From Clostridia bacterium (lineage in GTDB: Bacteria; Bacillota; Clostridia; TANB77; CAG-465): a stretch of 64,000 nt of DNA. The position numbers and the translations under genes are program-made. Numbering within the stretch: the first letter of the stretch is position 1; every line of letters starts with the position of its first letter. Where the stretch lies: positions 4,990 to 68,989 of the forward strand of contig JAVWPP010000002.1 of the NCBI GenBank assembly GCA_036635835.1, in the 5' to 3' direction. The notes beneath the pieces are model-generated. The model made no database searches. It was not told the origin of the DNA and saw only the letters and a program-made list of their open reading frames with translations. Positions 1 to 9,586 of this stretch are shown one piece after another.

Positions 1-150
1 TTTAAAGCTTTTCTTCAAACTTAATTTTCTTATTCCTATTTTCATAATAACCTCAACTAATATAGATATTACAATATTTTCTGTTCTAAGTCAATACTGC
101 TATAGTAAAGTTTATATATAGATTAAATAATTTTTCTAATTTGCTAATGC

Positions 151-189
151 AGTAAAAAATAAAAGTCTTAGAAAAATAATTTCTAAGAC
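151..189 (-). terminator. intrinsic terminator downstream of tRNA-Pro
   Basis: 10-bp stem gtcttagaaa/tttctaagac followed by a T-run on the minus strand. Confidence 0.5.
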
Positions 190-197
190 TTTGAATC

Positions 198-273
198 TGG
201 TCGGAGTGACAGGACTTGAACCTGCAACCTCATGGTCCCAAACCACGCGCGCTACCAGTTGCGCTACACCCCG
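198..273 (-). tRNA. tRNA-Pro (anticodon UGG)
   Basis: Reverse complement is CGGGGTGTAGCGCAACTGGTAGCGCGCGTGGTTTGGGACCATGAGGTTGCAGGTTCAAGTCCTGTCACTCCGACCA. It has a 7-bp acceptor stem, D-arm GCGC/GCGC, anticodon loop TTTGGGA (UGG), T-loop TTCAAGT and an encoded CCA. Confidence 0.85.
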
Positions 274-408
274 TTGATTACAAAAATTATTATAACACTA
301 CTTTATGCAAAAATCAATACTTTTATGTAAAAAAACAAAATAAATTTAAAGTGCTTTATTTAATAGAAAATATAATATATAATAAAGGTAGAAAATACGA
401 GGTGTAAA

Positions 409-1779
409 ATGGGAAGAGTAAGTAAATATCAATATACACATTTTATATATCCATTTGTAGTGGATTCGAAAAAATATAATAGCTTTATAAATAAAACTAT
501 TAGTGATGAGAAAAAGTGGAGTTTTAAAATATATGATCAATCTGTAGATTATGATGTACACTCATTCTTTTTACCATACATGAAGAACTTTTTGTTCCAG
601 TCACTATTTTGGACTAAAAATGAACAAAAAACATTTAAAGATTTAAACATAACTCAAAAAATGTCTAAACTATCTAAAATGCCATGCTTAACTTTTGATT
701 ATAATTTAGGAAAAATAAAAACAGGAAATGTAACAATAAAAGATGAAGAAAGTATAAACTTTGAAATTTCACAGATAAGGCTTGTCACATTTGAACCTGG
801 AATATGCTTTTTAGATATAAAAACAGAAATAGATACATGCGGAAAGTATATAGATTTTGACACTATTTTAGATTTTAACTTTGGATTTAGAGAATTAACA
901 CCACGCGGAGATAATAGAGTATCAATAAAAAAACTAAAGGCAAATAAAATAGATAATATAATGGATATAGCAACATTTATTTCTTCAATAACAGAAGGCT
1001 TTGAGACTCAAAATATAGAAAAAGTATACTACGATAAAATGTTTACATATTCATATGTTTGCTTAGATAGAAGCGAGTGGGAAGAAGAATCAGACTTTAA
1101 AGAAATAGAAAATGATTTCTATAAATTTCAGTACGTTTTAGAAGGAAAATCTCAAAGTAGATTTAATAATGAATGCGAAAAACTAAAAGCAAATAGATAT
1201 TCTAGGTGGCAATACTCAATGTTTGGTTTTTCAAACGAAAGTGGAGTTGTTTTAGTATCTGAAAAAGAACAATACAACATAACTAAAATGCCACAATATT
1301 TTGATAATGTATATATTTTTATGCTGCTACTAGCATTATATCAAAGAATAAGTTTGCTTAATTTTTCTCATGAATTATTAAACAGCAGTAAATCTAGAGT
1401 TACAACAATGCAAAACAGATTAACAGAATTTGTTCATTTCAGTTGGTTTAGTCAAATAACTAATTCGGAATACGGCATGGATATATGGAAAAAGTGGCAA
1501 GAAGCATTAGGATTACCTGAACTTTTTGATGAAGTACATAAAGAATATCAAGAATATTACGAAAATATAGTAAGTGAAGGCCAAAACGGTATAAATGTAG
1601 TTTTAATGATTGTGTACATAATAAGCACCATATTTGCAGGACTATCTATTTTGGTAAACAAGATAGATATACAAGGAACATGGATGGAATATGGACTATA
1701 TATAGCTTTAATAACTGCAATAGTTTGCTATCCAACATATTTAATATTTAAAATTATTAATAGAAAGAAAAGGAGATAG
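409..1779 (+). CDS. hypothetical protein, about 390-aa soluble N-terminal region plus two C-terminal TM helices
   Basis: Long ORF with an RBS-like gaggtg upstream. Two hydrophobic helices at the C-terminus (VVLMIVYIISTIFAGLSIL and GLYIALITAIVCYPTYLIF). No recognisable family motif. Confidence 0.6.
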   Translation: MGRVSKYQYTHFIYPFVVDSKKYNSFINKTISDEKKWSFKIYDQSVDYDVHSFFLPYMKNFLFQSLFWTKNEQKTFKDLNITQKMSKLSKMPCLTFDYNLGKIKTGNVTIKDEESINFEISQIRLVTFEPGICFLDIKTEIDTCGKYIDFDTILDFNFGFRELTPRGDNRVSIKKLKANKIDNIMDIATFISSITEGFETQNIEKVYYDKMFTYSYVCLDRSEWEEESDFKEIENDFYKFQYVLEGKSQSRFNNECEKLKANRYSRWQYSMFGFSNESGVVLVSEKEQYNITKMPQYFDNVYIFMLLLALYQRISLLNFSHELLNSSKSRVTTMQNRLTEFVHFSWFSQITNSEYGMDIWKKWQEALGLPELFDEVHKEYQEYYENIVSEGQNGINVVLMIVYIISTIFAGLSILVNKIDIQGTWMEYGLYIALITAIVCYPTYLIFKIINRKKRR

Positions 1780-1783
1780 TAAT

Positions 1784-2143
1784 ATGCATAGTTGTGGAAT
1801 AGATATAGTAAAAGTAAGTAGAATTAAAGATGCAATAGAAGCTAATGATAAGTTTATTAAAAAAGTGTATTCAGATGATGAAATAGAATATTGTAATGTA
1901 AAAAACGTAGATCAAAGGTATTTGCATTACGCTGGTAGATTTGCAGCAAAAGAAGCGATATATAAAGCGCTAACTAACTCAGAAATAAAACCAGAAGCTT
2001 GGAATACAATTGAGATAATATCACTTGGAGGAAAATTAACTAAACCTATAGTAAGAATAAATGGTGAAATATTAAGTAATATAGATGTTAGTATTTCACA
2101 CGATACAGACTATGCAACTGCAGTAGCAATATTAGATAAATAA
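1784..2143 (+). CDS. acpS: holo-ACP synthase (4'-phosphopantetheinyl transferase)
   Basis: N-terminal GIDIVKV, central KEAIYKAL, about 119 aa. Typical AcpS. Confidence 0.8.
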   Translation: MHSCGIDIVKVSRIKDAIEANDKFIKKVYSDDEIEYCNVKNVDQRYLHYAGRFAAKEAIYKALTNSEIKPEAWNTIEIISLGGKLTKPIVRINGEILSNIDVSISHDTDYATAVAILDK

Positions 2144-2150
2144 TGTATAG

Positions 2151-2177
2151 AGTATGCTTTTGAAGGCATACTTTTTT
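2151..2177 (+). terminator. intrinsic terminator after acpS
   Basis: Hairpin agtatgc...gcatact followed by TTTTT. Confidence 0.55.
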
Positions 2178-2268
2178 ACATAATATATTTAGCATAAATG
2201 AGCTAACATTCTTTACATAAAGAGTTATACATGATATAATAAATAAAATAAAAGCATTGGAGGACAAA

Positions 2269-4215
2269 ATGAATAACAAAAATTATTACATAACAACACC
2301 TATATATTATCCAAGTGGAAATTTTCATGTAGGACATTGTTATTGCACAGTAGTAGCAGATACTATAGCAAGATATAAAAGATTAAGAGGCTATGATGTG
2401 TTTTTCTTAACAGGCACAGATGAGCATGGACAAAAGATAGAAAGAAAAGCTAAAGAAGCCGGTAAAACACCTAAAGAGTACGTAGATGAGATAGTAGAAG
2501 ACACTAAAGATCTTTGGGGAAAATTACAAATAACATATAATAGATTCGTTAGAACAACAGATACAGATCATAATGAGTGTGTACAAAAAATATTTGAGAA
2601 ACTTTATAAATCTGGAGATATATATTTAGATAGCTATGAAGGTAAATACTGCACACCTTGTGAAACTTTTTATACTGAGTCACAGCTAGTAGATGGTAAA
2701 TGCCCAGATTGTAATAGAGATGTAGAGCTTGTAAAAGAAGAAAGCTATTTTTTTAAGCTTTCGAAATACCAAGATAGATTAAAAAAATACTATGATGAAA
2801 ACCCAGGCTTTTTAGAGCCAGCAACAAGGAAAAACGAGATGATAGCTAATTTTTTCAATAAAGGTTTAACAGATTTATGTGTATCAAGAACAACAATTGA
2901 ATGGGGTATCAAGGTTCCTTTTGATCCTAAACACACGGTGTATGTATGGATAGATGCGCTTGCTAATTATTTAACAGCCTTAGGGTATATGACAGATAGT
3001 GACGTAAAAATGAAAAAGTTTTGGCCTGCGGATTTACATCTAGTAGGAAAAGAAATTTTCAGATTTCATTCAATAATTTGGCCAGCACTTTTAATGGCTC
3101 TAGATTTACCATTACCTAAAAAAGTATTCGGACATGGCTGGTTAGTAGTAGACGGAGCAAAAATATCAAAATCATTCGGAAACTATAAGGACCCAAGAGT
3201 GTATATTAACGAAACATCTGTAGATGCGCTTAGATACTTCTTGTTACATGAAGTTACATTAGGGCAAGATGCTAATTTTTCAGAAGAATTATATTTAGAA
3301 AAGTCTAATTCAGATTTATCTAACGACTTAGGAAATCTAGTAAGTAGAGTAACAGCTATGGTTGAAAAGTACAATAACGGAGTCATAATAAAAGGCTCAT
3401 CTGTGGAAGATGTGGATAAAGACCTTATTAATGTAGCAGAAAATGTAGTTATAAACCTAGAAAAATTAATGGATGATTTAAAAATAAATGATGCAATAAC
3501 AGAAATATGGAAACTTATTTCAAAAGCAAATAAATATATAGATTTAACAGCGCCATGGATACTTGCTAAAGAAAAAAACACAGATAGATTAAATGTAGTT
3601 TTATATAATTTAGTAGAAAGCATAAGAATAATAGCAATCGCATTACAGCCATATATGGTAGAAGTTCCAGAAAAGATTTTTCAGCAAATAGGTGTAGAAA
3701 AAGATATTATTAATTGGGATGATGCCAAGAAATTTGGTTTATTAAAAGAAGGAACTTTAGTGCAAAAGAAGGAAAATTTATTCCCTAGAATTGAGCTAAA
3801 AAAAGACGTAAAAGTCAGTGCTAATCCAGCTTCAAAGGAGATTAAGAAAATGGAAGAAATAAAAGAAGTAAAAGAAAACGAAGAAGAAAAAAACATAATT
3901 ACAATTGATCAATTAGATAAAGTAGAGTTAACTGTAGGACAAATAATAAAAGTAGACAGAATTGAAAAAGCAGACAAGCTATATAACTTAACAGTAGATA
4001 TAGGAACTGAAATAAGAACTATAGTATCAGGACTTGTTCCATATTATACAGAAGAAGAATTAGTTAACAAGAAAGTTGTTGTTGTTACTAATTTAAAACC
4101 TGCTAAACTAAGAGGAATAGTATCAAATGGTATGTTACTAGCAGCAGGAGAAAACCCAACAGTTAAGCTGTTAACAGTAGACGGAGATATTGAAATAGGT
4201 AGCAATATTAGATAG
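2269..4215 (+). CDS. metG: methionyl-tRNA synthetase with C-terminal tRNA-binding (EMAP/Trbp111-like) domain
   Basis: HIGH-type motif PSGNFHVGH, KMSKS-type KISKSFGN, zinc knuckle CTPCE...CPDC. ATG at 2269 sits 5 nt after GGAGG. The track ORF begins at TTG 2257. Confidence 0.93.
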   Translation: MNNKNYYITTPIYYPSGNFHVGHCYCTVVADTIARYKRLRGYDVFFLTGTDEHGQKIERKAKEAGKTPKEYVDEIVEDTKDLWGKLQITYNRFVRTTDTDHNECVQKIFEKLYKSGDIYLDSYEGKYCTPCETFYTESQLVDGKCPDCNRDVELVKEESYFFKLSKYQDRLKKYYDENPGFLEPATRKNEMIANFFNKGLTDLCVSRTTIEWGIKVPFDPKHTVYVWIDALANYLTALGYMTDSDVKMKKFWPADLHLVGKEIFRFHSIIWPALLMALDLPLPKKVFGHGWLVVDGAKISKSFGNYKDPRVYINETSVDALRYFLLHEVTLGQDANFSEELYLEKSNSDLSNDLGNLVSRVTAMVEKYNNGVIIKGSSVEDVDKDLINVAENVVINLEKLMDDLKINDAITEIWKLISKANKYIDLTAPWILAKEKNTDRLNVVLYNLVESIRIIAIALQPYMVEVPEKIFQQIGVEKDIINWDDAKKFGLLKEGTLVQKKENLFPRIELKKDVKVSANPASKEIKKMEEIKEVKENEEEKNIITIDQLDKVELTVGQIIKVDRIEKADKLYNLTVDIGTEIRTIVSGLVPYYTEEELVNKKVVVVTNLKPAKLRGIVSNGMLLAAGENPTVKLLTVDGDIEIGSNIR

Positions 4216-4227
4216 GAGATAATTATC

Positions 4228-4851
4228 ATGTCAGAAAATAAGAAAAAAATATTAAAAGAAGTTGGAGAGTGGATAGTAGCATTTGTTATTGCATATTTTA
4301 TTTATATCTTAATAAATTACTATTTAGGTACTATTTCAGGTGTAAAACAAGAATCAATGTACCCTACTGCTAAAGAAGGACAAAAAGTAATAATACAAAG
4401 ACCAACTTTATTTAAAAAAGAACTTAAAAGAGGAATGATTCTTACTTGTGAAGCACCACTTCCATATTCAAAGCAAGATGAAGATAAAATTGCAAACTAC
4501 GAAGAAAAAACTGGTCTAGATGCAATAACATATAACGTTTTAGGAATTAATAAAAAAACATTTATAAAAAGACTTATTGGATTACCAGGAGATAAACTAA
4601 AGATAGACATCAATGGTAACGTTGAAATAAATGGCGAAAAATATCCAGAAATCTATTTAAATCCTAACGGAGGAGAATTAAACGGAAACTATATGGACTT
4701 AACAGTTCCAGAAGGATCAGTTTTCTTAATGGGAGACAACAGATCAAGAAGTAAAGACTGCAGAGAATTTGGATGTATTCCTATAGACAAAATAAATGGA
4801 TATATATTAGGAAGAATATGGCCACTAAATAAAATAGGTAAAATAGATTAG
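4228..4851 (+). CDS. lepB: signal peptidase I
   Basis: N-terminal TM segment, catalytic Ser box SMYPT, Lys box KRLIGLPGD and a GDNRSRSKD box. Confidence 0.8.
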   Translation: MSENKKKILKEVGEWIVAFVIAYFIYILINYYLGTISGVKQESMYPTAKEGQKVIIQRPTLFKKELKRGMILTCEAPLPYSKQDEDKIANYEEKTGLDAITYNVLGINKKTFIKRLIGLPGDKLKIDINGNVEINGEKYPEIYLNPNGGELNGNYMDLTVPEGSVFLMGDNRSRSKDCREFGCIPIDKINGYILGRIWPLNKIGKID

Positions 4852-4860
4852 GAGCAAAAT

Positions 4861-5709
4861 ATGTTTAAAGATATAATTGGACATAATGAAAATATTCAAA
4901 TGCTAAAGGAAAGTGTACAAAAAGATAGCGTAATACATGCATATCTTTTTGATGGTCCAGATGGAATAGGTAAACAGTTAGTAGCAAAAGAATTTGCAAA
5001 AGAAATATTAGAAACGGAAAATCTTGAAACATGTCCAGATTATATTTATATAGATAAACTAGAAAATAAGAAGGATATATTAGTAGAACAAATACGCGAA
5101 AGTATTGTAAACAATGTATATTCTAAGCCAGTTGCAAGTAATAAAAAAGTATATATTATCAACAATGCGCAAGATATGAATAATGTAGCACAAAATTCAC
5201 TATTAAAAACGCTAGAAGAACCACCTAAATATATTGTATTAATATTAGTAGCAAACCAAGTAGATAAATTTTTACCAACAATAATATCAAGGGTTAAAAG
5301 AATTAAATTTAAAAAGTTAACAAATAACGATATAGATAAATATATTGTAGAAAACAATATTATAGTATCAGAGAATATCAAGGAATATATAGATGGATCT
5401 TTAGGTAAACTAAAGCTAATGGAAAACTTAAGTGCCTATGAAGAAATTGAAAAATTCGTAGACAAACTAAAAACCGAAAATATTGTATACTTGCTTGAAA
5501 TCTCAAAAATTGTTGACTTTAGAAACAACAACTATATGAATTATTTACAATTTGTATTATATAACAACTATAAAAAATGCAAAAACATAAAGCTTTTAGA
5601 GTGTATTAATACTATAGAAATAGCAAAACAAAGGTTGAAAACTAATGGGAATTATGATATAGTTTCAGATATAGCAATAATAACTATGTGTAATTGTTTA
5701 AGGAGATAA
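4861..5709 (+). CDS. holB: DNA polymerase III delta' subunit
   Basis: HAYLFDGPDGIGK P-loop-like motif, length and position upstream of yaaT/ricT as in Bacillus. Confidence 0.8.
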   Translation: MFKDIIGHNENIQMLKESVQKDSVIHAYLFDGPDGIGKQLVAKEFAKEILETENLETCPDYIYIDKLENKKDILVEQIRESIVNNVYSKPVASNKKVYIINNAQDMNNVAQNSLLKTLEEPPKYIVLILVANQVDKFLPTIISRVKRIKFKKLTNNDIDKYIVENNIIVSENIKEYIDGSLGKLKLMENLSAYEEIEKFVDKLKTENIVYLLEISKIVDFRNNNYMNYLQFVLYNNYKKCKNIKLLECINTIEIAKQRLKTNGNYDIVSDIAIITMCNCLRR

Positions 5710-5712
5710 AGA

Positions 5713-6531
5713 ATGAAAATATTATGTGTAAGATATCATAAAACGGGGAAATTAAACTATTATAACAATAAGGAAACAGATGAAATAGTTGTAGGAGATT
5801 ATATTATTGCCGAAACACAATACGGCCAATCTATTGGTAGAGTGGTAAAAATACTAGAACAAAGTAACGATATAACTAAAGCAGAAGAATATATAAAAAA
5901 AGCGACAGAAGAAGATCTAGAAACTAAAATAAGCAATGAAGCTAAAGCAAAAGAAGCTTTAGAAAAAGCAAAAGAAGTTGCAACTAGAATGAAACTAGAT
6001 ATGAAATTCTTATCAACTGAATATACTTTTGATAAGACTAAATTAGTATTTTTCTTTGCTGCAGAAGAAAGAGTAGACTTTAGAGAATTAGTTAAAGAAC
6101 TTGCTTCTATGTATAGACTTAGAATAGAATTAAGACAAGTTGGCGCAAGAGATGAAATAAAATCTTGTCCTAACTTAGGAAGCTGTGGTAAAGAAGTTTG
6201 CTGCAGAACATTTCTTCCAGATTTCGAGCCGGTAACTGTAAAAATGGCAAAAGAACAAGGTTTACAAATAAATATGCAAAAATTATCTGGAGCATGTGGA
6301 AGACTTAAATGTTGCTTAAAATTTGAACAGGAAGTTTATGAAGAAAAAAATAAAAAAATGCCAAAGTATGGCGAAATAGTTGCTACAAAAAAAGGAACCG
6401 GAAAAGTAGTACAAGTAGAAATATTAAAAGAAAAATTTAAAATAAAAGTAGATGATCCAGATGATTCATATCATTTCGAGACAGTAGACGCATCTGAAAT
6501 CATAAAAGATACTAAAAAGGAGGTGAAATAA
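5713..6531 (+). CDS. ricT: PSP1-domain protein RicT/YaaT
   Basis: YTFDKTKLVFFFAAEERVDFRELVKELASMYRLRIELRQVGARDE and the Cys cluster CPNLGSCGKEVCCRTF...CGRLKCC closely match B. subtilis YaaT. Confidence 0.85.
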   Translation: MKILCVRYHKTGKLNYYNNKETDEIVVGDYIIAETQYGQSIGRVVKILEQSNDITKAEEYIKKATEEDLETKISNEAKAKEALEKAKEVATRMKLDMKFLSTEYTFDKTKLVFFFAAEERVDFRELVKELASMYRLRIELRQVGARDEIKSCPNLGSCGKEVCCRTFLPDFEPVTVKMAKEQGLQINMQKLSGACGRLKCCLKFEQEVYEEKNKKMPKYGEIVATKKGTGKVVQVEILKEKFKIKVDDPDDSYHFETVDASEIIKDTKKEVK

Positions 6532-6699
6532 ATGGCATATAAAATATCAGACAATTGTATATGTTGTGGAGTTTGTCAAGCAGAATGTCCAGTTGGAGCA
6601 ATTTCAATGGGAGATGGTAAATACGTTATAGATAAAAACTTATGTATTGATTGTGGAACATGCGCAGGAGTTTGTCCAGTTGGGGCACCAGAAAAATAA
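6532..6699 (+). CDS. fdx: 2x[4Fe-4S] clostridial-type ferredoxin (55 aa), not in the supplied ORF track
   Basis: Translation MAYKISDNCICCGVCQAECPVGAISMGDGKYVIDKNLCIDCGTCAGVCPVGAPEK contains two CxxCxxCxxxCP motifs. RBS aaggagg lies upstream. Confidence 0.8.
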   Translation: MAYKISDNCICCGVCQAECPVGAISMGDGKYVIDKNLCIDCGTCAGVCPVGAPEK

Positions 6700-6754
6700 A
6701 AAAATGTTATATATAGTTCTAAGCGTATAATATAATATATACAAAGGAGAAAAA

Positions 6755-8461
6755 ATGAATAAAAAAGATGGAATGAGTTTAATAGTTCTTGTTATTACTA
6801 TTATAGTAATGATTATTTTATCAGGTGTTGTAATAATGGCACTATCTAAGAATAATCCTATTTTAAAAGCAAATGAAGCAACATTTAAATCAGATATTAA
6901 AAGTATCGAATCGATGGTTAGTTTAGATATTACTACCAAATCTACAGATAAGTATACTGATGAGTTATACACAGGAGAACTTACTGAATTTGGTATAGAA
7001 TCAAGCTCTGGAATATATAAAAAGTATGGTGGAATATTATACGTTGAGGACAATAATTTAGTAATAAGAATTGGATATACAACAAACAAAAAAAATAAGC
7101 AAATGGTTGAATGGGCAGCTGAATGTGGAATTAAAATGGCAGGAAGCTTTGCAAGTGGAGGATTTGACGGATTAATAAATACACCGGAGCTTACTCAAGG
7201 ATTAATACCTGTTAAGTATAATGACAATAAAAAAGCTTGGGTTATTGCTGATCCAACTAATTCATTAGATTTCATGTTTTGGCATGATTATCCTAATGCG
7301 CAGTGGGCAAATGCAGTCACTTTAAAACCTAATTCACAGCTTAGAAAGAAACTTTTGAATCCTAATAACAATATGCTTAAAGCTTCTAGTATAGGAGATT
7401 TTGTAAATGAATCAATCAATATGGACGAAGTAAATTCATTTTGGGTATGGATACCTAGCTTTAAACTAGGAGATGTAACGCCTGCTAATGAAAAATCAGG
7501 TTCGGATATAACTTTTTGCAGAGGAAAAGAAGATAAAAAGAAAGTACATAAAGCTTTTCTATTTGGAGATAAAGTTCTAAATGGAATTTGGGTTTCTAAA
7601 TTTAGCATGAGTAAAAATTCAGATAATATAGAAGTTAAACCAGACGTGGACGCTTTAAATTTTTTGCTTCCTGTACCTGCTCATAGATTAATAAGAGGTA
7701 TGGAAAACATAACAAAAGCACAGTATTATGGATGGGCTAATGAAGACGGATATAATGATGTAACTGGAGATTATGCTACTAGCCATAACAAATTAGATGT
7801 GCATATGATAAAAAATTCAGAATGGGCAGCAACTGCATATTTATCTAACAGTATATATGGAAAGCTAGGAAATAATGAATATGCATTAGCAGAAAAAGAA
7901 GTGTATATTAATAATTCATTTGCAGATAATAACAAAAAATCATATACCGGTAGAAGCGGTGGAGCGCCGGGTGGAGCAGTAAAATTAAAGCCAGGTCAAA
8001 CAAAAGAAAATTCACCATATGGGTATTACACTTATGACGGAAAGAATGTAAAGCAAGATACCGGTGAAATATTAGATTATGCAATAAATAAAAACTCGGG
8101 ATATGGAGCCTCTACAACAGGAAATATATATGGAGCTTTTGATATGTCTGGAGGATATGAGACTATAGTTGCAGCAATATGTATAGAGAAAGATAATCCT
8201 AATAAAGAACAATTAACATATGCAAATTCAAAATATTTAGAAGTATATGGTGTAAACGAATACAAAAAGGGTGATGCAACGCTTGAAGCGAAAAACTTCT
8301 ATGGTGATATGGCTTATATGATAGCAAATGACTATAGAAATATGGCAAGAGGTATTAAGGCGTTTATGGGTAGACCTGCAGGAATTTTTGGATATACAAG
8401 GGTATATGAGTGGGATAGCGGAATAAATACATCGAGGCCAGTTATAGTTGCGGATGTATAA
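6755..8461 (+). CDS. secreted/membrane-anchored protein with possible FGE-sulfatase-like (SUMF1-type) domain
   Basis: N-terminal hydrophobic anchor, AEWEYAA-like NSEWAATAY, DMSGNVWEW-like FDMSGGYET and a C-terminal RVYEWDSG. The domain call is by eye only. Confidence 0.6.
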   Translation: MNKKDGMSLIVLVITIIVMIILSGVVIMALSKNNPILKANEATFKSDIKSIESMVSLDITTKSTDKYTDELYTGELTEFGIESSSGIYKKYGGILYVEDNNLVIRIGYTTNKKNKQMVEWAAECGIKMAGSFASGGFDGLINTPELTQGLIPVKYNDNKKAWVIADPTNSLDFMFWHDYPNAQWANAVTLKPNSQLRKKLLNPNNNMLKASSIGDFVNESINMDEVNSFWVWIPSFKLGDVTPANEKSGSDITFCRGKEDKKKVHKAFLFGDKVLNGIWVSKFSMSKNSDNIEVKPDVDALNFLLPVPAHRLIRGMENITKAQYYGWANEDGYNDVTGDYATSHNKLDVHMIKNSEWAATAYLSNSIYGKLGNNEYALAEKEVYINNSFADNNKKSYTGRSGGAPGGAVKLKPGQTKENSPYGYYTYDGKNVKQDTGEILDYAINKNSGYGASTTGNIYGAFDMSGGYETIVAAICIEKDNPNKEQLTYANSKYLEVYGVNEYKKGDATLEAKNFYGDMAYMIANDYRNMARGIKAFMGRPAGIFGYTRVYEWDSGINTSRPVIVADV

Positions 8462-8491
8462 AAATACAAAGTTATTCTAACTTAAAAACAG

Positions 8492-8537
8492 TCGAAATAC
8501 AGATGATTAGAGATAATTATCTGTATTTCGATTTTTT
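8492..8537. terminator. bidirectional intrinsic terminator
   Basis: 13-bp stem tcgaaatacagat/atctgtatttcga then TTTTTT. It lies between convergent genes. Confidence 0.55.
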
Positions 8538-8577
8538 ACGAAAAAAATATTTGCTTAATATAATGTTAAACAAATAT

Positions 8578-9168
8578 TTAATCTATAGTAATTGTATATT
8601 TTTTATTGCTTTTCTTATCTATATAAATATATGCATAGTCTGTCTCGACCATATCAAATAAATCTTCAGTATATAAAAAATCCAAAAAAGATAATAAAGT
8701 AGTTTTGGAACTAACCATTCCATCTAAAATAAAATCATTAGCGGTTTTAGAATAATATAATTCTGCAGAAGTAAGCATATTAATAGGATAATCTATAATT
8801 CTATTGTAAGCAAAAATTTCTTCAGGTACAACGGAAGTTGTAATAAGGACAACTGGCTGTTCATAGGTTCCTTCTACATAATCAAAAAAGCTGCAAGTTG
8901 TGTTTACATATTCCGGAGTATCTTTAAAAATATTATTTACCACAAAACAATTGGAATCTTTTTTCACTATAATTTTTACTCCATTGTAATCTTCGTTTGC
9001 GTAATATGGAGAATCTTTTGGATTTAAATAACAGCACATTGCTTTTTTTGTGAAATTGTTTATAGTTAAAATACTATCGCAAAAATCAGATAATTTTATA
9101 CCATATTTAACAACATCACATTGCTGGTCTTTTTTTATAAAAAGATATACATATTTCAAAATAAACAC
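8578..9168 (-). CDS. hypothetical protein (196 aa)
   Basis: Long minus-strand ORF divergent from the 9250 ORF. No recognisable motifs. Confidence 0.5.
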   Translation of the reverse strand: MFILKYVYLFIKKDQQCDVVKYGIKLSDFCDSILTINNFTKKAMCCYLNPKDSPYYANEDYNGVKIIVKKDSNCFVVNNIFKDTPEYVNTTCSFFDYVEGTYEQPVVLITTSVVPEEIFAYNRIIDYPINMLTSAELYYSKTANDFILDGMVSSKTTLLSFLDFLYTEDLFDMVETDYAYIYIDKKSNKKYTITID

Positions 9169-9249
9169 CTCCCATATATTATAGCATAATACAGCCGTTT
9201 TGTCAGTAGCAAAATACTAAATCCCTAATATACTATTATAGGTGATGAA

Positions 9250-9534
9250 ATGAAATTAATAATAGAAATGTTTATATATATATTTTTTTCTTATGGCGTA
9301 TTATCTTTTATTTGGTACTGCACAAGAAATTCATTTAGAATGAAAATAAAAGAAATACATAAAAAAAGTAATAGTAATGAATCTGTTGAGGTAATAGTAA
9401 TATTTGAAAACATGAAAAAATATAAAGACATAATTGAAAAACAACTAATACAAGGAGACTTTGATAATATTTTTGAACTAGTAGATAACTTTGAATGCAT
9501 AGAAATAGAAGGAGTAGCGGTAAAAACCAACTGA
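9250..9534 (+). CDS. hypothetical small membrane-anchored protein
   Basis: N-terminal TM helix, 94 aa, with an overlapping spurious antisense ORF. Confidence 0.35.
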   Translation: MKLIIEMFIYIFFSYGVLSFIWYCTRNSFRMKIKEIHKKSNSNESVEVIVIFENMKKYKDIIEKQLIQGDFDNIFELVDNFECIEIEGVAVKTN

Positions 9535-9586
9535 TACGTTTGACATTATCTTAAGAAAAGTATAAAATACATTTGAGGTGGAAATA

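Noticed and set aside
216-407. 63-aa + strand ORF from the track overlapping the tRNA-Pro gene
   Set aside because: It lies antisense to a well-formed tRNA, has no RBS, and its composition is driven by the tRNA sequence. Spurious.
409-1779. CorA-like Mg transporter, because of the soluble N-terminal domain plus C-terminal 2-TM layout
   Set aside because: No GMN or GxN motif follows the first TM helix. The nearby GIN precedes TM1 instead.
2178-2268. Looked for a T-box leader upstream of metG
   Set aside because: Only about 90 nt separate the acpS terminator from the metG start. There is no specifier/antiterminator architecture and no T-box consensus AATTAGGGTGGNACCGCG.
3183-3623. 146-aa minus-strand ORF inside metG, plus many similar antisense ORFs listed inside polC, ftsE, the M23 genes and the surface-protein genes
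   Set aside because: They are entirely embedded antisense in strongly supported genes. They have the AT-rich Leu/Ile/Phe/Ser-heavy composition typical of shadow ORFs, and no RBS.
6755-6860. Type IV prepilin-like leader in the 6755 protein (KKDG/MSLIVLV)
   Set aside because: It lacks Phe at +1 and Glu at +5 and no peptidase is present. More likely an ordinary signal anchor.
6640-7089. 149-aa minus-strand ORF spanning the ferredoxin gene and the start of the 6755 gene
   Set aside because: It overlaps two well-supported + strand genes and is hydrophobic junk. The real feature here is the unlisted ferredoxin.
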